Assembly (NCBI GenBank): GCA_951406725.2
Contig: OX597814.1
Coordinates: forward strand, 35,340,001-35,404,000
Direction of reading: 5' to 3'
DNA length: 64,000 nt
From: Octopus vulgaris
Lineage: Eukaryota
Shown: positions 1-14,324 of the stretch, one piece after another
Layout of the letters: every line of letters starts with the position of its first letter
Position numbering within the stretch: position 1 is the first letter of the stretch
Translations under genes and position numbers: made by a program
The notes under the pieces: generated by a model
What the model was told of the DNA's origin: nothing
Seen by the model: the letters and a program-made list of their open reading frames with translations, nothing else
Databases searched by the model: none

Positions 1-201
1 AAAGGTCATAAATCGAATATTTTAATCATCGGTCTACTTGATAAGAGTCAGCTGAGGGTTAAACAACAACAACAACGACGACAACAACAATAACAACAAC
101 CAAATACTAAATTCAAGAATTCTTAAAATGTATAAGAACTACTTAGACATGCAGGGTGCAGATTTAGTAGCGGCAGCTAATTCTGACCTCCACAAAGCCT
201 T

Positions 202-462
202 AAAATAAAATAAATGCGTCCTTTTAAAGCCTAGCCAGGCTATTGGGCCCGATTTCCCGGTTTCTATGTCGTATGTGTTCCCCAGCTGGACGGGACGCCA
301 GTCCATCGTAGCGTTACTCATTTTTGCCGGCTGAGTGGACTGGAGCAACGTGAAATGAAGTGGTTTGCTCAAGAACACAGCGCGTCGCCCGGTCCAGGAA
401 TCGAAACCACAATCTTACGATCATGGTGCTGATACCCTAACCATTAAGCCACGCGCCTCAAC
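202..462 (-). mobile_element. tRNA-headed SINE, family C (V-domain-like core)
   Basis: Minus strand has A-box-like TGGCTTAATGG, B-box-like GTTTCGATTCC and GATGGACTGGCGTCCCGTCCAG. 12-bp TSD CCACAAAGCCTT at 190-201 and 463-474. Second copy at 59767-60015. Confidence 0.85.
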
Positions 463-598
463 CCACAAAGCCTTGCAAGCACATAATTCATAATTCACTC
501 TCACAATCACAGAACAAAAACATTAAACCTTCCTCACAGTCATGATTAATATCAAGAAATGCATATTCAACAAACACAGCATCAAATCCAATAGTTTT

Positions 599-657
599 GA
601 CGAAATACCGCTAGCATTTCGCCCGGCGTGCTAACGTTTCTGCCAGCTCGCCGCCTT
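599..657 (-). mobile_element. SINE family A, 5' fragment
   Basis: Reverse complement of the GGCGGCGAGCTGGCAGAAACGTTAGCACGCCGGGCGAAATG head seen at 31800, 34620 and 34931. Confidence 0.8.
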
Positions 658-1039
658 ATGTTTCAGCAGACTCGTCTGTCGCCACTATGGTCCAAGTGAA
701 GCTACAAAGTTCACAGAAGCACTCTGAGAAGTGGATAAATTGCCAATAGTGCATACAGCACCGCAGCTATAAACTATTGTATGTAATAAGTAGGGTGAGT
801 CATGGTATATCTGGAAGAATGGACGGGTAAGCGGCAAAATTATAGCGGTGGAGAAACGAAGTAATTTGAGAATTTTGCTGCTGGTATAACATAACCACCT
901 GACACAAAGGTTACTGAAATATGGAAAGCAGCGGAAACCCCAAGGGAAATAAAAGAATTAAATATCTAAGCTCCCATCTGAGAGCGGAAATGATATGGAG
1001 TCCAACACCCTAACTACTAAGCCATGCGTCACCACAAGC

Positions 1040-1310
1040 TTTGCAATATCATATGATAACAGATTGTAAACTAGAGAAATCTGAAGAAATTGAAAAAAGT
1101 TGAGAAATACCAGAGAAATGAAGAGATTGCAAACGACAAAGGGGACGACTGTTTCTGTGGTAGTTGGTATACTTGACGCAGCATCCAAACTATTACCTAA
1201 GTAGCTAAAGGATATTGGAACTGAAACACGCTTTGTTGACTTGCAGAAAAGTGCCATTTTGTATTCTGCATGAATTCTGGGAAAGAATGCTGAGATTTGA
1301 GGAATCTTGT
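1040..1310 (+). mobile_element. Decayed C-terminal restriction-like endonuclease segment of an R4/Dong-like non-LTR element
   Basis: Broken translation FAISYDNRL...EKVEKYQ...TVSVVVGILD...LQKSAILYSA*IL resembles the end of RLE-type ORFs. Confidence 0.55.
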
Positions 1311-4300
1311 TTTCAGCAAACTTCGCCGGAAGCGACCGTTCCTCTGCACTTACTACTCTTAAGTAGGGAAATAGAGGAAGAAAATGCTAGTGTGTCGAGC
1401 ACTTAGAAAACATGAAGAAAATATTTGTCCTTGTTCTTGAGTATTGAGAAATAGAGAAAGACCACAAATAAAGCGTAAACGTATTGTGGAAGAGAGAGAG
1501 AGGAAAAATATGTGAAGAACGAGTTTGGATATGACTAAGCAAATAGCTCATAAATGGCTCAGATTCTCTGAAAGTGTGATAGTATTATTGTCTTATTATG
1601 TAGAGTAGGTTAAGCTTAACATAAGCATACTGTCATGGATTTCATTTTAAAGATGTGCGGCTTTGCTGAGGGAAATTTGCCTATTATGAAGTTGTTATGT
1701 CGATCTACAGAAGAATATTAGAATAGTGTAGTGGGTGTTTGAGGAGCAAGGAATCTATCCTTTCTATTCCTTAGCCACTTAATGGTAATTTAGCAGAGAA
1801 ATATCTATCTTTATGGAAGAGTTTAAAGAAAATAATAAATGTTAAGCTGAATTCTTCTGTAGTTGAGAATATTTCTTTTATTGTCACCTTTCTTCTGAAC
1901 TTTATCAATCAATGTTAGACAGAACTAATAGTGTGAAATTCCCATAGTATCAGAGAAGTCTATTATTATTAAGGCTGTATTTGATTGCTACAAAGAAAAT
2001 AATACTATCTCTCACTGCTGCTGAGCTCAATGCATTTTCTGATTTTGTCAGGTTAAGAACAGAGTAAAGGAGAGAACATAGAAATAAAAAGAAAATCCAA
2101 TAGACTAAAGCATATACAATAAATATGGCATAACACTCGGAAGGGGAGGAGAAAAAGAAATACGAAGAAAAACAAAAAGAAAGAGAATAAGATGAAAATA
2201 AAAGAAGAAAAGAGGAAAAGAAGTCAAATAAGCCGAAGAAGAAAGAAGATCGATGAATTGAATTAAACCAAACAGTAAAACCAGTGAGGAGGGAACAATA
2301 ATGTACGAATGTCCACAAAAGCTATTGAATCAAACTGGAGTTCCTGTCATTTACATGCCTGAAATTATAAGCAAATAAAAGGGGAAAATGGAACATTTGC
2401 AAAAGTCATCACAGTAGCAAAGTCAACACTGAGACAATAAACAGAAGTCTATTTGCCCTTACAGTGACGAAACATGCAATTTTAAAGCTACACTGATACC
2501 GGATTATTTGCCCAGCTTCAAGGAAAATTGCAAAGATGAGGCAAATAATTAGAATTATGTTTCAGACTGCTACTCGAAGATATCTTGGCATGAGAAAGAG
2601 AAATAAAATGACATGAAAATAGCGACTTAAAATAATTCGTTGACCCTTCATTTCTATTTCGTGTCTGTTTTATTATTTGATCCAATGACTGTTTAATACT
2701 TAGTTTCTTCATTATCCAATAGCTATTTTTTTTTTTAGAATTGTCTTCTTCGATCATTTACTTTTTATTATTTTTATAAGATCTCGTTAAATTTCTATTT
2801 TATGTAATCCTATAAAATCGTTATATAGCCATTTGGTGCTGGAAACGTTAGTTTAATGAGGTCGTGAAAGAAAGAGAATCAACATCAAGACAAGTAGATG
2901 TTGAAATGGTAACTGTTAAAAAAAAAATCTTTTTTTTTTAAGTAGCAATTCGTATAGTTTAAGTATTTATTTATTTATTACGTTTAGAAACGCTTCGATA
3001 TTAAGAAACCTTCTACAGCGTCTAATACAAAAATGTAAATAATGGAATTGGTAATTTCCTTTATATTAGACTCAAGAACAATATTATTAAAACGGAGACG
3101 TTACTATTGATTAAATCAACCCCAGTATCTTACAGGTACTTAGGTTATCAAAAACCAGATAGTTATATGTTAAATTCAATATTTAATAGGAATTAAAATC
3201 TCGACAATGCTAAATGCTCAATATTTTTTGTTTTGTGCTCTTCGATCTTGATCATTTTACTTCACTTAACAGAAATGTGATAGTACTATTGAGTGTGGAT
3301 GAATAGCTCTTCAAATTAAAATATTCATGTTTGCAAAATGAGTACATTTTTGAAGTTAGCCATTCGGCTACAACGCGTTATTCACATTAGATCTTTCTAA
3401 CGGAATTACAACACATTAGCTGTATCTTGTGTATCTTGTTATTATTGTCGTTCTGGTTGTTCTTGTAGTACCCCATACTACTTTTATTTGGGCACATTTG
3501 TATCATTATGATAAACAACTGAATGAAAGATTCGTCTCTCGTTATCTGTTTTGGTTATTGTGTCGTTATCATAGATGTGGCTCAGGGAGTACAATTGATG
3601 TTCCCAATTTCAATGATAGCAAATTAGTTTTAAGATGGAGAGAAGAAAATAGCAAGATGAATGAACGGAGGAAGACAGGATAAAAGCATGATGATGATGA
3701 TAATGATGATGATTATTGTGGTGGTGCTAGTGGTGATGGTGGTGGTTATGATGATGATGATGTATCAAAGACAATAATATAACAAAGAAATACAACTAGA
3801 GATAGAAAAGGGAACACATACATTAGAAGAGAAGAAATAGGAGAGAATTTGGATAGCAGAAACTCATCTCTCAGGTGGCAAAATTTCATCTAACGTTTTT
3901 ACAAAGATAGTTTCTAACAGAAACAGCAATATGAACAGGAAAGCTAATTTCATAAATTATAAAAAATTACCAAACAACTAAAGGACCAGAATATTTAGAA
4001 ACAAAAGTTGTAAAAATTATTGAGAAGATATAAATCTAAAGCATTAACAAATATATAGGTTAATATAGATATAAAATGAAAATATTGCAAGACCTCATTT
4101 AAAGGTATAAAAACTCACAAATGTGGATGAGATCTCGATACTTCGAGACTGAAAGATATCTAAGTTGAGAACTGAAATAATAAAGGATGAGATATATAAA
4201 AAACATATAAATAAACAAAATGAAATAAAACAGTTGAATCAGGCAAAATACAATGTGCGCTGGAAAGGGAAGAAAGAGATTGTGAAGTTGAACTGGATTG

Positions 4301-4736
4301 ATGGCAGAATAGTAGACCCTCCACTATTAATGGAACTCTGGTTGATAATAACAGCGAGGACAAAGACTACGATCATGACGATAATCATAACGATAATGAT
4401 AATGGTGATACCCGTTTATAATATCAACAAAGCGATATAGTTAAGTATAGCTTTTGTAGATTCAGTTAGTGTGCCAGTATTATAGTAATTTTTGAGTAGG
4501 TTGTTCAAGCGTTGGCCGATATATGAGACGAGTAAAACGATAAATACTAACTTTGAACATACAACGTGAATAATAAATTAAGCACTGAATCTCAGGAATT
4601 CTTTGATGACATAGCTGACATTTAATTTATTTTCTGTATTTGACCAGCTACGTATTATGACTCCAAACTAGGAATTGGTTTATTTTTGAAAGATAAAATT
4701 ATTTTTCTGTATTAAAGATATGAGTTGATTGCTTCG

Positions 4737-5127
<391 letters not shown>

Positions 5128-6914
5128 AATTTTTTCTTCTCTCTAAGTCAACTACTGCTGACATTTACATGTCTAACTCTGGTTCCAGTGGTTCTCTTCA
5201 AACTTGACCTGTCAAAAATCCTCTTGCCACATCATAAATGTTTTAGTTACTTTCCCAGATAAAGTAATATGTCTGTATTTAATACAAGATTCAGTTAGAA
5301 ATTTGCTATGTGAGTGTGTTTTCTTTCTCAGCAATGAAATATAAAACTTTGTCACAAAATATTAGTGAAGATACTATGGTAATAAGATCCACATCTAGTT
5401 AAGAATCTGCCCACCTATTAATACGTTCGTGCGACGATGGAAAATCATCAAATACTACGAAACAATAATGGTGGAACATGAATGGTGTGAAAATACGGAA
5501 AAATCATATGCCGCTATATAATAAAGTTTACATTGTAGTCAAAGAACTACATCATATAGTCAAATCAATAAAGCCTGTTCTGTATTCAGCACAATATGGC
5601 TGCCAGAAAGGGGAAAAGGAGTTAAAATATCTCATAATTTAAAATAAATATGCATTACTTGTCCATGGTATAGAGGATAAGAGTGTAATAAAGTTTTGTG
5701 AGTTCATCGACATGTTCCCGTGTGCATTGCCATGACACCTGATGACCAGTGGAGACTAAATCGTTAAACTAAAAGACAGGAAAATATCAGATGAATACAT
5801 TGAAAGATTTTTCTATCCATAATACTTAACGCATTCTGAAAACAATTGTTGCGGTTATTAATAAACCTTAGATCATCGCTAATCAAACAGAACCATGATC
5901 AAAAGTGTTTTAACGTGACTATTCTGTCTTTTTGTCGCATATAACCATTTCTTGTTTGATTTAAAGTAGATTATGATCATTCTTTATTTCTTTCCTCCAA
6001 TTCTGTCTGTATCCTATTTCGCTTTTGCCATGTTAAGGTTATCGGTCAGCTTTTATCTTCTTAGGTAACTAACTGAATTTATATATTCATAAATAACTAA
6101 CCCTTAAACTAACTATTTATACCAAGAAACCAATCTTCTACACTTCCTCTACCTAGAGAAAAATATACCTAAACCAATTATCTCACATTCACAACGTCAC
6201 GAACACTCTGTTCCCTTTTTCAAAACCAGAAAGTGCATCTGCTCTCACCTGTGGCTCACTGTGAATAGAAGTAAGCGTTCATGCCCGGCCTTGTTTCTAA
6301 ACATTTTCCTTTCCATCCAGGTCACAATATACAAACTTTCTGACTCCACAAATCTCAACCGAGGCCACATGTGAGATGGTGTTGTTGCTACGCATACGAT
6401 AATCTAAAAAGAAGAGCTACTTGACTAACTGACCAATTCACTTTAACCAATAAACCCACAGCGTTTTCTGCTGTCAATGCAAATTTCTCAGTCCTCGAAC
6501 CACATACACTGGACCGAGTGAAGGTGGACCACCTCGGAATAGGGGACCAGTAAATCTTTACAATCGGGTTGGTCTCTCCTTGTCTCAGAATAGTTCTGAA
6601 GCTGAACCAGGGATTTCACATGCCAAGTAGTATTTTTCGCCACACTATTCAAACTTACTAACGAATGACCTATAATTAGCATCCCACAATTCTATCCGGG
6701 CATCATTTAGCTTTTTGACCATGCACATTAGGGGTCAGTTTCTTACGTTTAAACAATTTATATCCATTCATAAAAATCTTGAGGTTCACTGAACCAGTTT
6801 TAATTCTTATTCCCTTTTTTAATTCCCCTATTCATTTTAATATCTAACTATCTGTCTGTCTATCTGTCACAAACACACACACACACTCACATGTATACAC
6901 CTATGGGTGTGTGC

Positions 6915-7115
6915 CCTTGTGTCTGTGTTTGTCCCACCATCACTGCTTGACAACCGATATTGGTGTGTTTACATCCCGTGGGCTAGCAGTTCGGCAAAAT
7001 GACCGATAGAATAAGTACACAGCTTAAAAAATTAAGTCCCGGGGTCGATTCATTCGACTAAAAACCCTTCAAGGCGGAGCTCCAATATGGCCACAGTCAA
7101 CTGAAACATGTAACA

Positions 7116-7120
<5 letters not shown>
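6915..7120 (+). mobile_element. SINE family B, 3' half
   Basis: Matches the 3' half of copies at 39351 and 57158 (GCTTGACAACCGAT...GACCGATAGAATAAGTAC...CTCCAATATGGCC). Confidence 0.8.
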
Positions 7121-7162
<42 letters not shown>

Positions 7163-7257
7163 CATGCATGCATGCATGCATACATAATACATACATACAT
7201 ACATACATACATACATACATACATACATACATACATACATACATACATACATACACA

Positions 7258-7945
7258 CAGGGGTTGGACAAAATAATGGAAACAACTTAAAATTTCAAAC
7301 AAATTTATTTTAATATGGAGTAGGCCCGCTTTTGGCAGTAATTAATGCTTGAATTCACGAGGTTTGGGCTCGTACAAAGTTTGAATTGTTTCCAAAGGAA
7401 TTTTTTCTACATTCTTCAGCTAAAACAGTCTCCAGTTCTTATAGTGATGATGGTGGAGGATATCGACTCCTTGTTTTTTCAAAAATGTACCATCAATGTT
7501 CAATAATATTGAGATCTGGGGACTGTGGCGACCAGATAAGATGTTCAACTATACTAGAATGTTCCTCGTGCCATTCAGCTGCAACTTTAGCTGTGTGAAT
7601 TGGTGCATTATCATTCTGAAAGCTTGCGTTTCCCCCCGGAAACAGTTCTACAACAATAGGATGATTTTGATCAGATAAAATGCTTAAATAGTCTTGACTA
7701 TAAATTCTGCTATGAAGGGACACCATTGGGCCGGCGCATTTCCAACATATAGCCTCCCAGATCATCACGGATCCTCCTCCACATTTAACAGTTGGAAGAA
7801 GGCAGTCTGGGTCAAATGCTTCTTTTGGCTGTCTCCACACGGATAATAGGGTAAAGGATGACTCGTCCGAGAAAATAACATTCTTCCACTGCTCTAGCGA
7901 TCAATTCTGCAACCATCAGAAACATTTTACATCTTGCATCGAATT
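7258..7945 (-). mobile_element. Tc1-like DNA transposon remnant with DD36E spacing and 3' TIR
   Basis: WKNVIFSDES, PTVKCGGGSVMIW, QNDNAPIH...SPDLNIIEH in and around ORF 7493-7840. TIR-like CAGGGGTTGGACAAAATAATGGAAAC at 7258. Confidence 0.9.
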
Positions 7946-9220
7946 ATTTTATTTCATGTGTCTCTATTTGAACTTATTATCGATGTATCTCCAATATACA
8001 CAGCTATTCCTGCCTCTTCCACCCTTCTCATGCTGACGTTACTAGTGTAGAGATCGACTCCTTTGCCATTCTAAACAATCTACAACAGTTAGCATTCACG
8101 TCTATCTGTTGAATAATCATGCACCTTTTAGCGTATTGATAATTCTACAAATAAGAAGAAAAAAGACTTAAAGCATTTCCTGGCTGTAAATGAAAAGTCC
8201 AGTTTGAAGTGGCAGGCTTGTTGAGATCTGATATTTTAAAAACTTTTGAAATTTCTGGTTGTTTGTTTAATTTGCTAAATAATCGGAGATTTGGCAGATT
8301 TACGCTGATTACCCCTTGGAGCAAATGCGCTTCTCATCTAATCATCTAAGTCAGCTAGTTTGGTGACTAAAGCAAGCCTCTTAGACACGCTCCCTTCCAT
8401 TACCCACACAACTAAAATCATAAGCAATTATCCTTCAGATATTTCATCCTCACTTGCTCTATAGCAATATAAAGAAAGATCTGTTTACAATACTTTGAGA
8501 GAGACATCAACCCACATTTGAGAGGCTTTTGCTCACCTCCGAAATGTCTGCAACACTGCCATAAAAAGTACTCTGCATGCTTTCCCTACTTCCAAATTTT
8601 AACAAACTTTTCTGGACATTTGCGAAGAGTGTATATATCGGTCTATCTCATACTACCCACATTAATCATCCAAGATTATCCTGTAGGCTGGAAGTCTACA
8701 GAAGAAAGCCTTTATAATGGCTCACCGTCTTACTAAACTTTTCATTAGGTTTTTGTTTACGTTTTTCAACTTAGAAAGCAATTTCAGTCAATTAATAATT
8801 AAATTCATAGAGCATTTGGTACATCAACCTTTAAATTATTTACCTTCTATAAACATATCAGTATTCCTATATTTTTATTCACAAAATACAGAATAGAACA
8901 TTCAGGTGACTAAAAAATTACGCTGGTGCACATAAATTTATAATAGTTTAACCTAAAATAACTTCTGTGATTATCTGCGCATAAATAATTAATGAAATTT
9001 TGTGCTGTATGACTTTAAACACATTTACACCAAAGTTGAATCATATATTTTCTCAAAATTTATTTTAATCTATTTGAAAATAAAAACTTGAGGAAAGAAA
9101 ATAAGAAGTGTAAATCCGGCATGCATTTTATCACTTTATTTGAAAATCTAATATATTTTTTAAGGTCACAATTTGAGAAAAATATGTACATAGTATTTTT
9201 GTGCTAATATATGTTTTGCT

Positions 9221-9436
9221 AAGGCGGCGAGGTGGCAAAAATGTTAGCACGCCGGGCGAAATGCTTAGCGTTATTTCGTCTGTCTTTACATTCTGAGTTC
9301 AAATTCCACTGAGGTTGATTTGCCTATCGTTCTTTCGGGGTCGATAAATTAAGTACCAGTTGCACACTGGGGTGTATCTAATCGACTGGCCCACTTCACC
9401 AGAATTTCGAGCCTTGTTCCAAGAGTATAAAAGAAT
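9221..9436 (+). mobile_element. SINE family A (alternative 3' tail)
   Basis: Family A head, B-box GAGTTCAAATTCC and CTTTCGGGGTCGATAAATTAAGTACCAG core. Confidence 0.85.
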
Positions 9437-10921
9437 ATATATTTTGTTGATGTTTAAGTCACTTGGAATTATTGTAAGGTTAGAATTTTTCGTAAGATAC
9501 TTTATTGCTATTTTAGATAAGATCTAGAGTAATATGTTTCAGAGGAACATCATTAGATCGCTTAAAATGAAGAACTGAACGTGCTGGGAGAAAAGAAACC
9601 TATTATCATTTTATCTATTTGTTTTTCTATTTATTACCTGTGTTGTTGCTTTCAAATCTTTTAGTGACTTATGACAGCAGATTTCTTTCCGTTAGCAATT
9701 GGAAAATAAAATCCCTTGCCATATTGTAGCTCAGTTATAGACTGAAATAAATATTAATATGTACGCACTGGCACATACATGCATATGTATGTATGTGTAC
9801 TTGTATGTATAATATGAAATATAAAAATTCACACAACGGTTTCATGGCATTGTCGAGGCCATTTGTAAAGAGTCAAACCTAGCACGAAGAAGGAAAAGGC
9901 GATGTTAATATCAATGAATGAAGTCATATAAACTTTTCAAACTCTCAAACAGTAATAGAAAACTGGAACTAATTCTAGTTTTCAGTAATACCCAAATGGC
10001 CTGCTTGGTTTTAGCATTGATAATGATATGTATATTATAATACAAGAACAAATGTCAAAAAGACACTTTGTCTGTGTAGCCCTTCTGTCAATTACAAACA
10101 AAATTATCGCAGCAGACATTCTTAACAGAATTATTTTTCTGTTTGTTAACACTATCCTTTCGGAATTATAATGCTTTTTCTGTGATGTACAATGTTGCAT
10201 TGATACATTCTCTGTACTAAGAGAATTACAGAAAATATTTGTGCGCAAACCCAAAACATTTTAATTTTATTTGTTGACCTGGCGAAGAACATATACTAAG
10301 CAAGTTATAATGGGGAAATGGCTATTTCAACAAAAACATGGTATTCTAAAGCTGATGATCAAAAGTGTCATTCTGAAGTCAAAGATGACCTATGTCCAAG
10401 AGGACAAACCATACTCTATACGGTTTAGAATGAACGGTGACATAAAGTAGCATTGGTGCAATTTACCTCTTTATGGTATTTTCCGGGTTACTTTCGAATA
10501 TTCTTCTCTTCTATTAATCACAAACTAGTGCTTAGTGTCTCTTCAATATCTATGATTCAATTCTGGTATAAAATTAAAGTGTGCAATATTCTGGGAATAG
10601 CACTTTGCTAATAATACTTCTTTAAAAGTATACTCGATAGTGATATGAAGTGTATAAAACACCAGGAAATAAAAACTCATTGAAATTTTGAAAAAGTAAA
10701 TTAATTGTGATATTCTCTCGTAAATAAACACTCTAACTACAGAGTTTCCTGTTTAATTCACTCAAGATCAAAATCTCAAGGACATACTTTCTACCTCAAC
10801 AATTTGTCGTTTCGTGTCTCAATTTATGATAAGAATCCACTAAGTAATGCAAAATAAGCAAACACTTGAAGATATTAGTCGTTGTTTTTGAAACTTCAGC
10901 GTCATCTTGCTGGCAAATATT

Positions 10922-11318
10922 CTTTTCCATTCTAGGCACAAGGTCCAAACTTTTGTGGGAGGGGGCCAGTCGATTAGATCGACCCCAGTTCGCAACTGAA
11001 ACTTAATTTATCAACCCCGAAAGGATAAAAAGCGAAGTCGACCTCGGCGGAATTTGAACTCAGAGCGTAGCGGCAGACGAAATACCTATTTCTTTACTAC
11101 CCTAAAGGGGCTAAACATAGAGAGGACAAACAAGGACAGACAAAGGGATTAAGTCGATTAGATCGACCCCAGTGCGTAACTGGTACTTAATTTATCGACC
11201 CCGAAAGGACGAAAGGCAAAGTCGACCTCGGCGGAATTTGAACTCAGAACGCAGCGGCAGACGAAATACGGCTACGCATTTCGCTCGGCGTGCTAAAGTT
11301 TCTGCCAGCTCGCCGCCC
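10922..11318 (-). mobile_element. Dimeric SINE family A insertion
   Basis: Full monomer plus a headless second monomer, bounded by one 17-bp TSD TCTTGCTGGCAAATATT (10905-10921, 11319-11335). Confidence 0.9.
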
Positions 11319-11779
11319 TCTTGCTGGCAAATATTATCAAGAACAAGCAGGGATACTGCAAATATCCCCCCATAATATTTTTATGGATGTCAACTTCAGG
11401 AAACATGTAGGAATGCTGGGTATTTTCAAGGTAGATTATGGAGGATTTGATATCAGATACTGTGGTGTCCAGAGATTTAAAATGCTGTACTTGCAAATAT
11501 TTTAAATACAAAATCAGTCTTAGTTGGTTTTCAAAACGCCCCAAAGAAAAACATCTGTTGCAAGATCTTTATTCAATGCAAGATGAACAAACAGTAAAAT
11601 GTGAAAAATACTACACAGAAATACATACAATATATGCGCCATTCGGAACAAACATTTGATGATCAATGTAGTATAAATCCCAAAGAGGCTGTGCGAAAGA
11701 TCATATACATGAGGTCCCGAAATTTAGAGAAATTATTTGCAGTATGTAGCTTAGAGTAAAACCCGCTTTTTAATTATCA

Positions 11780-12080
11780 TTATCGTTCTTAGCTATTTTG
11801 TTTTTATTATAGGATGTGGTTTTCTAAAATATGATGGTGAATATTGGAAGGTTGTGGATGCCAGTTTTTCTGCTACATAAGGAGTAGAGATCTTTTCATA
11901 GAAGCTTTTTTTGCAGATGTAGGTTAACTTTCAAAAGTTATTTTATGATTAGGTGATGAAGGATTGGATAAAGGGTGTTCTGATACATTTCTCTGTTAAA
12001 TCACATTATAATAAATAATGAGGAATTGCTTGAACTTATTTGATATATTTTGTGAGAGGGCAAAGTTCATATGTTGCTGG
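11780..12080 (-). mobile_element. Possible highly decayed Penelope-like fragment
   Basis: Only weak similarity (KLTYIC-like motif) to the PLE RT-endonuclease linker. Confidence 0.25.
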
Positions 12081-13903
12081 ATTCTCTCTAACTTTCCGCT
12101 TTGTAGAGTTTTTAAGATCTGTACCAGTTAAATACTGAGGTCAAATCAAGTACATACACTCTCGTATTGTGAAAATTAAAGAAACAAAATACACGATATA
12201 AGAAATATTTTAGCAATATAGTATTCAAATACAAGTGATTATGAAATAAGTGAAGAAGAAAACAAGCTTGATTTTAATCACCTTTTGCCATATTTATTCT
12301 ATCTTCTCTTCCTGTTTTATCAGCCTTACTAGTCTCAGAATTTCCTCATTGCTTTGTTCTTTTCTATCTAAATAATTTTTTTACCAATTGTTTTTGTTAC
12401 GGCACACACTGCCTCACACTTATTTAATTTCAATAATAATTCAATGACAATTTTCTCATCCATTGAACAGATTACCGCTGGATTATTATTGAACAATTAT
12501 TCAATTTATAATATCTACCATATCATAGTTTTTTGCTCAACATTATCGTTATTACTGATGTCACCCTCTTTGTTACCATTACAGCTGTCATCTTCATCAG
12601 CACTCTTAAACTGTTGCCGTTGGCGCTATCATTACAGTGTTCCTTCTCCATCTTCCGCCTCCTCAACTTCTCATCACCATCTCTGTTAACATCACCACTT
12701 TCACCACTGCTACCATTCCCACCGCCACCACCAGCAACACAACCAATATTATCATTATTGTTACGAAATCAATGTTAATAATTAAATATTCTTTACAATT
12801 TTGTCTTACTAATTTATTCTTTTGTTCATCAGAATCACATTCATCACGATCATCATTAACATCACGATTATTACGACGGTCCTGTTCATCCTCCTCACCA
12901 TCATCGTCGTCAATATTGTTGTTGTATCAGCATCATTAGTGCAGTTACTGCGTCTGTGACTGTCAGTGGCTGCGAGCTACAAGGTTATTGCATATCAGAT
13001 TATGTTATATCACACCTCGCCCCAATCTGCCTGTTCAAATATACATTCTTCTCTTTCATGAAATCTCCCGCTCATATTTTCTTCCTTTTCCCTTTCTACT
13101 TAAAGTATTTGCTGAAACTTGTTGCTGTTATTCTCCTTGTTGCTGCAATTAATCTTTATTTTCTCACTCGAAATTCCATTACTAAATTTTCACCTGAAGC
13201 TCTTTTATTGACCATATTGAAATATATTCAGCTGATAATATTAATGGAACACGTCTTTTATATTCGTAGGACAGTCCTGAAATGTGTTCAAATTAAATCA
13301 AAAATAAGAATTGACTCATTAATTTAAATATTAAAGCAGTTCCAATTTGTCTTCTTCTGATTATTTATTTTCCGTTTTTAGAATTTTCTTCTTGACCTTG
13401 AAATATGTTGAAGCTGTCATTTTAACATGGCTGCATCCTATCATTTGATTTTCTTGTACCACACTAGAATTTACAGGATGATAAAACTATTTCAAAATCA
13501 CTCTCACATACATAAATGCATATTCACTTACAGAGATATCCACTTATGCGTGAGTGTATGTACGTGTGTTTACGTGTATGAGCATTTGTGTCCATTATTT
13601 GAATGCGTAAATATGAATGTTAATGAATAATTATATTTCTTAAACATATTAAATCTATACTATATTTTTCTGCCACTTCTTTGGTGTACAATTGAATGTA
13701 CTTGAATTTGCATGCATCGGGATACAGCATGACACAATATTGTAGCTTTCATGTTACAGTCACTTAATATAAAAACAAGTACAGCAAACGCGATACGCAA
13801 TCCTAAAAATGTGTACTGAGCAATGCAGTATTTTCATAACATATAATAAAGGCTCATGCACACATCACACATACGTCACACACACACACACACGCACGCA
13901 TAA

Positions 13904-13941
<38 letters not shown>

Positions 13942-14054
13942 TTAAAATAGGATAAAATCTTTATAAGAATTTATCAAGTAGTTCTCGTGAAAAACCTCAT
14001 AAGAGAAAATATCCACCAATTTCTTCTCTTAAAAATATTTATTTATATTCTATG

Positions 14055-14242
14055 GAGGGCATTAATATACATAAATGCCACACGCTAAGAGGGACTCTTA
14101 AAGGCAAAACTACCAAAATAAATAAACACATCGTACCGAATGCGAGAGCATTTGCAGTCGGTACGATGTATTTATTTATTTTGGTAGTTTTGACTTTAAG
14201 AGTCTCTCTTAGCGTGTGGCATTTATGTATATTAATGCCCTC
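14055..14242. repeat. Long inverted repeat (~88-bp arms, ~10-nt spacer)
   Basis: GAGGGCATTAATATACATAAATGCC...CGTACCGAATGC mirrored by GCAGTCGGTACG...GGCATTTATGTATATTAATGCCCTC; about 4 mismatches. Confidence 0.95.
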
Positions 14243-14253
14243 TATATAATATA

Positions 14254-14310
<57 letters not shown>

Positions 14311-14324
14311 TAATTGCTCCATCT

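Noticed and set aside
2986-3023. Minus-strand CTGTAGA...GAAG hammerhead-like motif
   Set aside because: Both conserved boxes deviate and stem III is missing.
3780-4440. A-rich ORF 4165-4440 or a further RLE-LINE remnant
   Set aside because: Only vague motif resemblance; cannot be supported as gene or element.
5736-5780. CTGATGA...AAAC...GACAGG hammerhead-like motif
   Set aside because: GAAA and the cleavage triplet are absent and the stems are unconvincing.
12444-13327. Cluster of overlapping ORFs
   Set aside because: Degenerate triplet low-complexity sequence with no domain or splice support.
13965-14012. Minus-strand CTTATGA...GAGA motif beside the long hairpin
   Set aside because: Two core mismatches and only a 2-bp stem II; compatible with chance.
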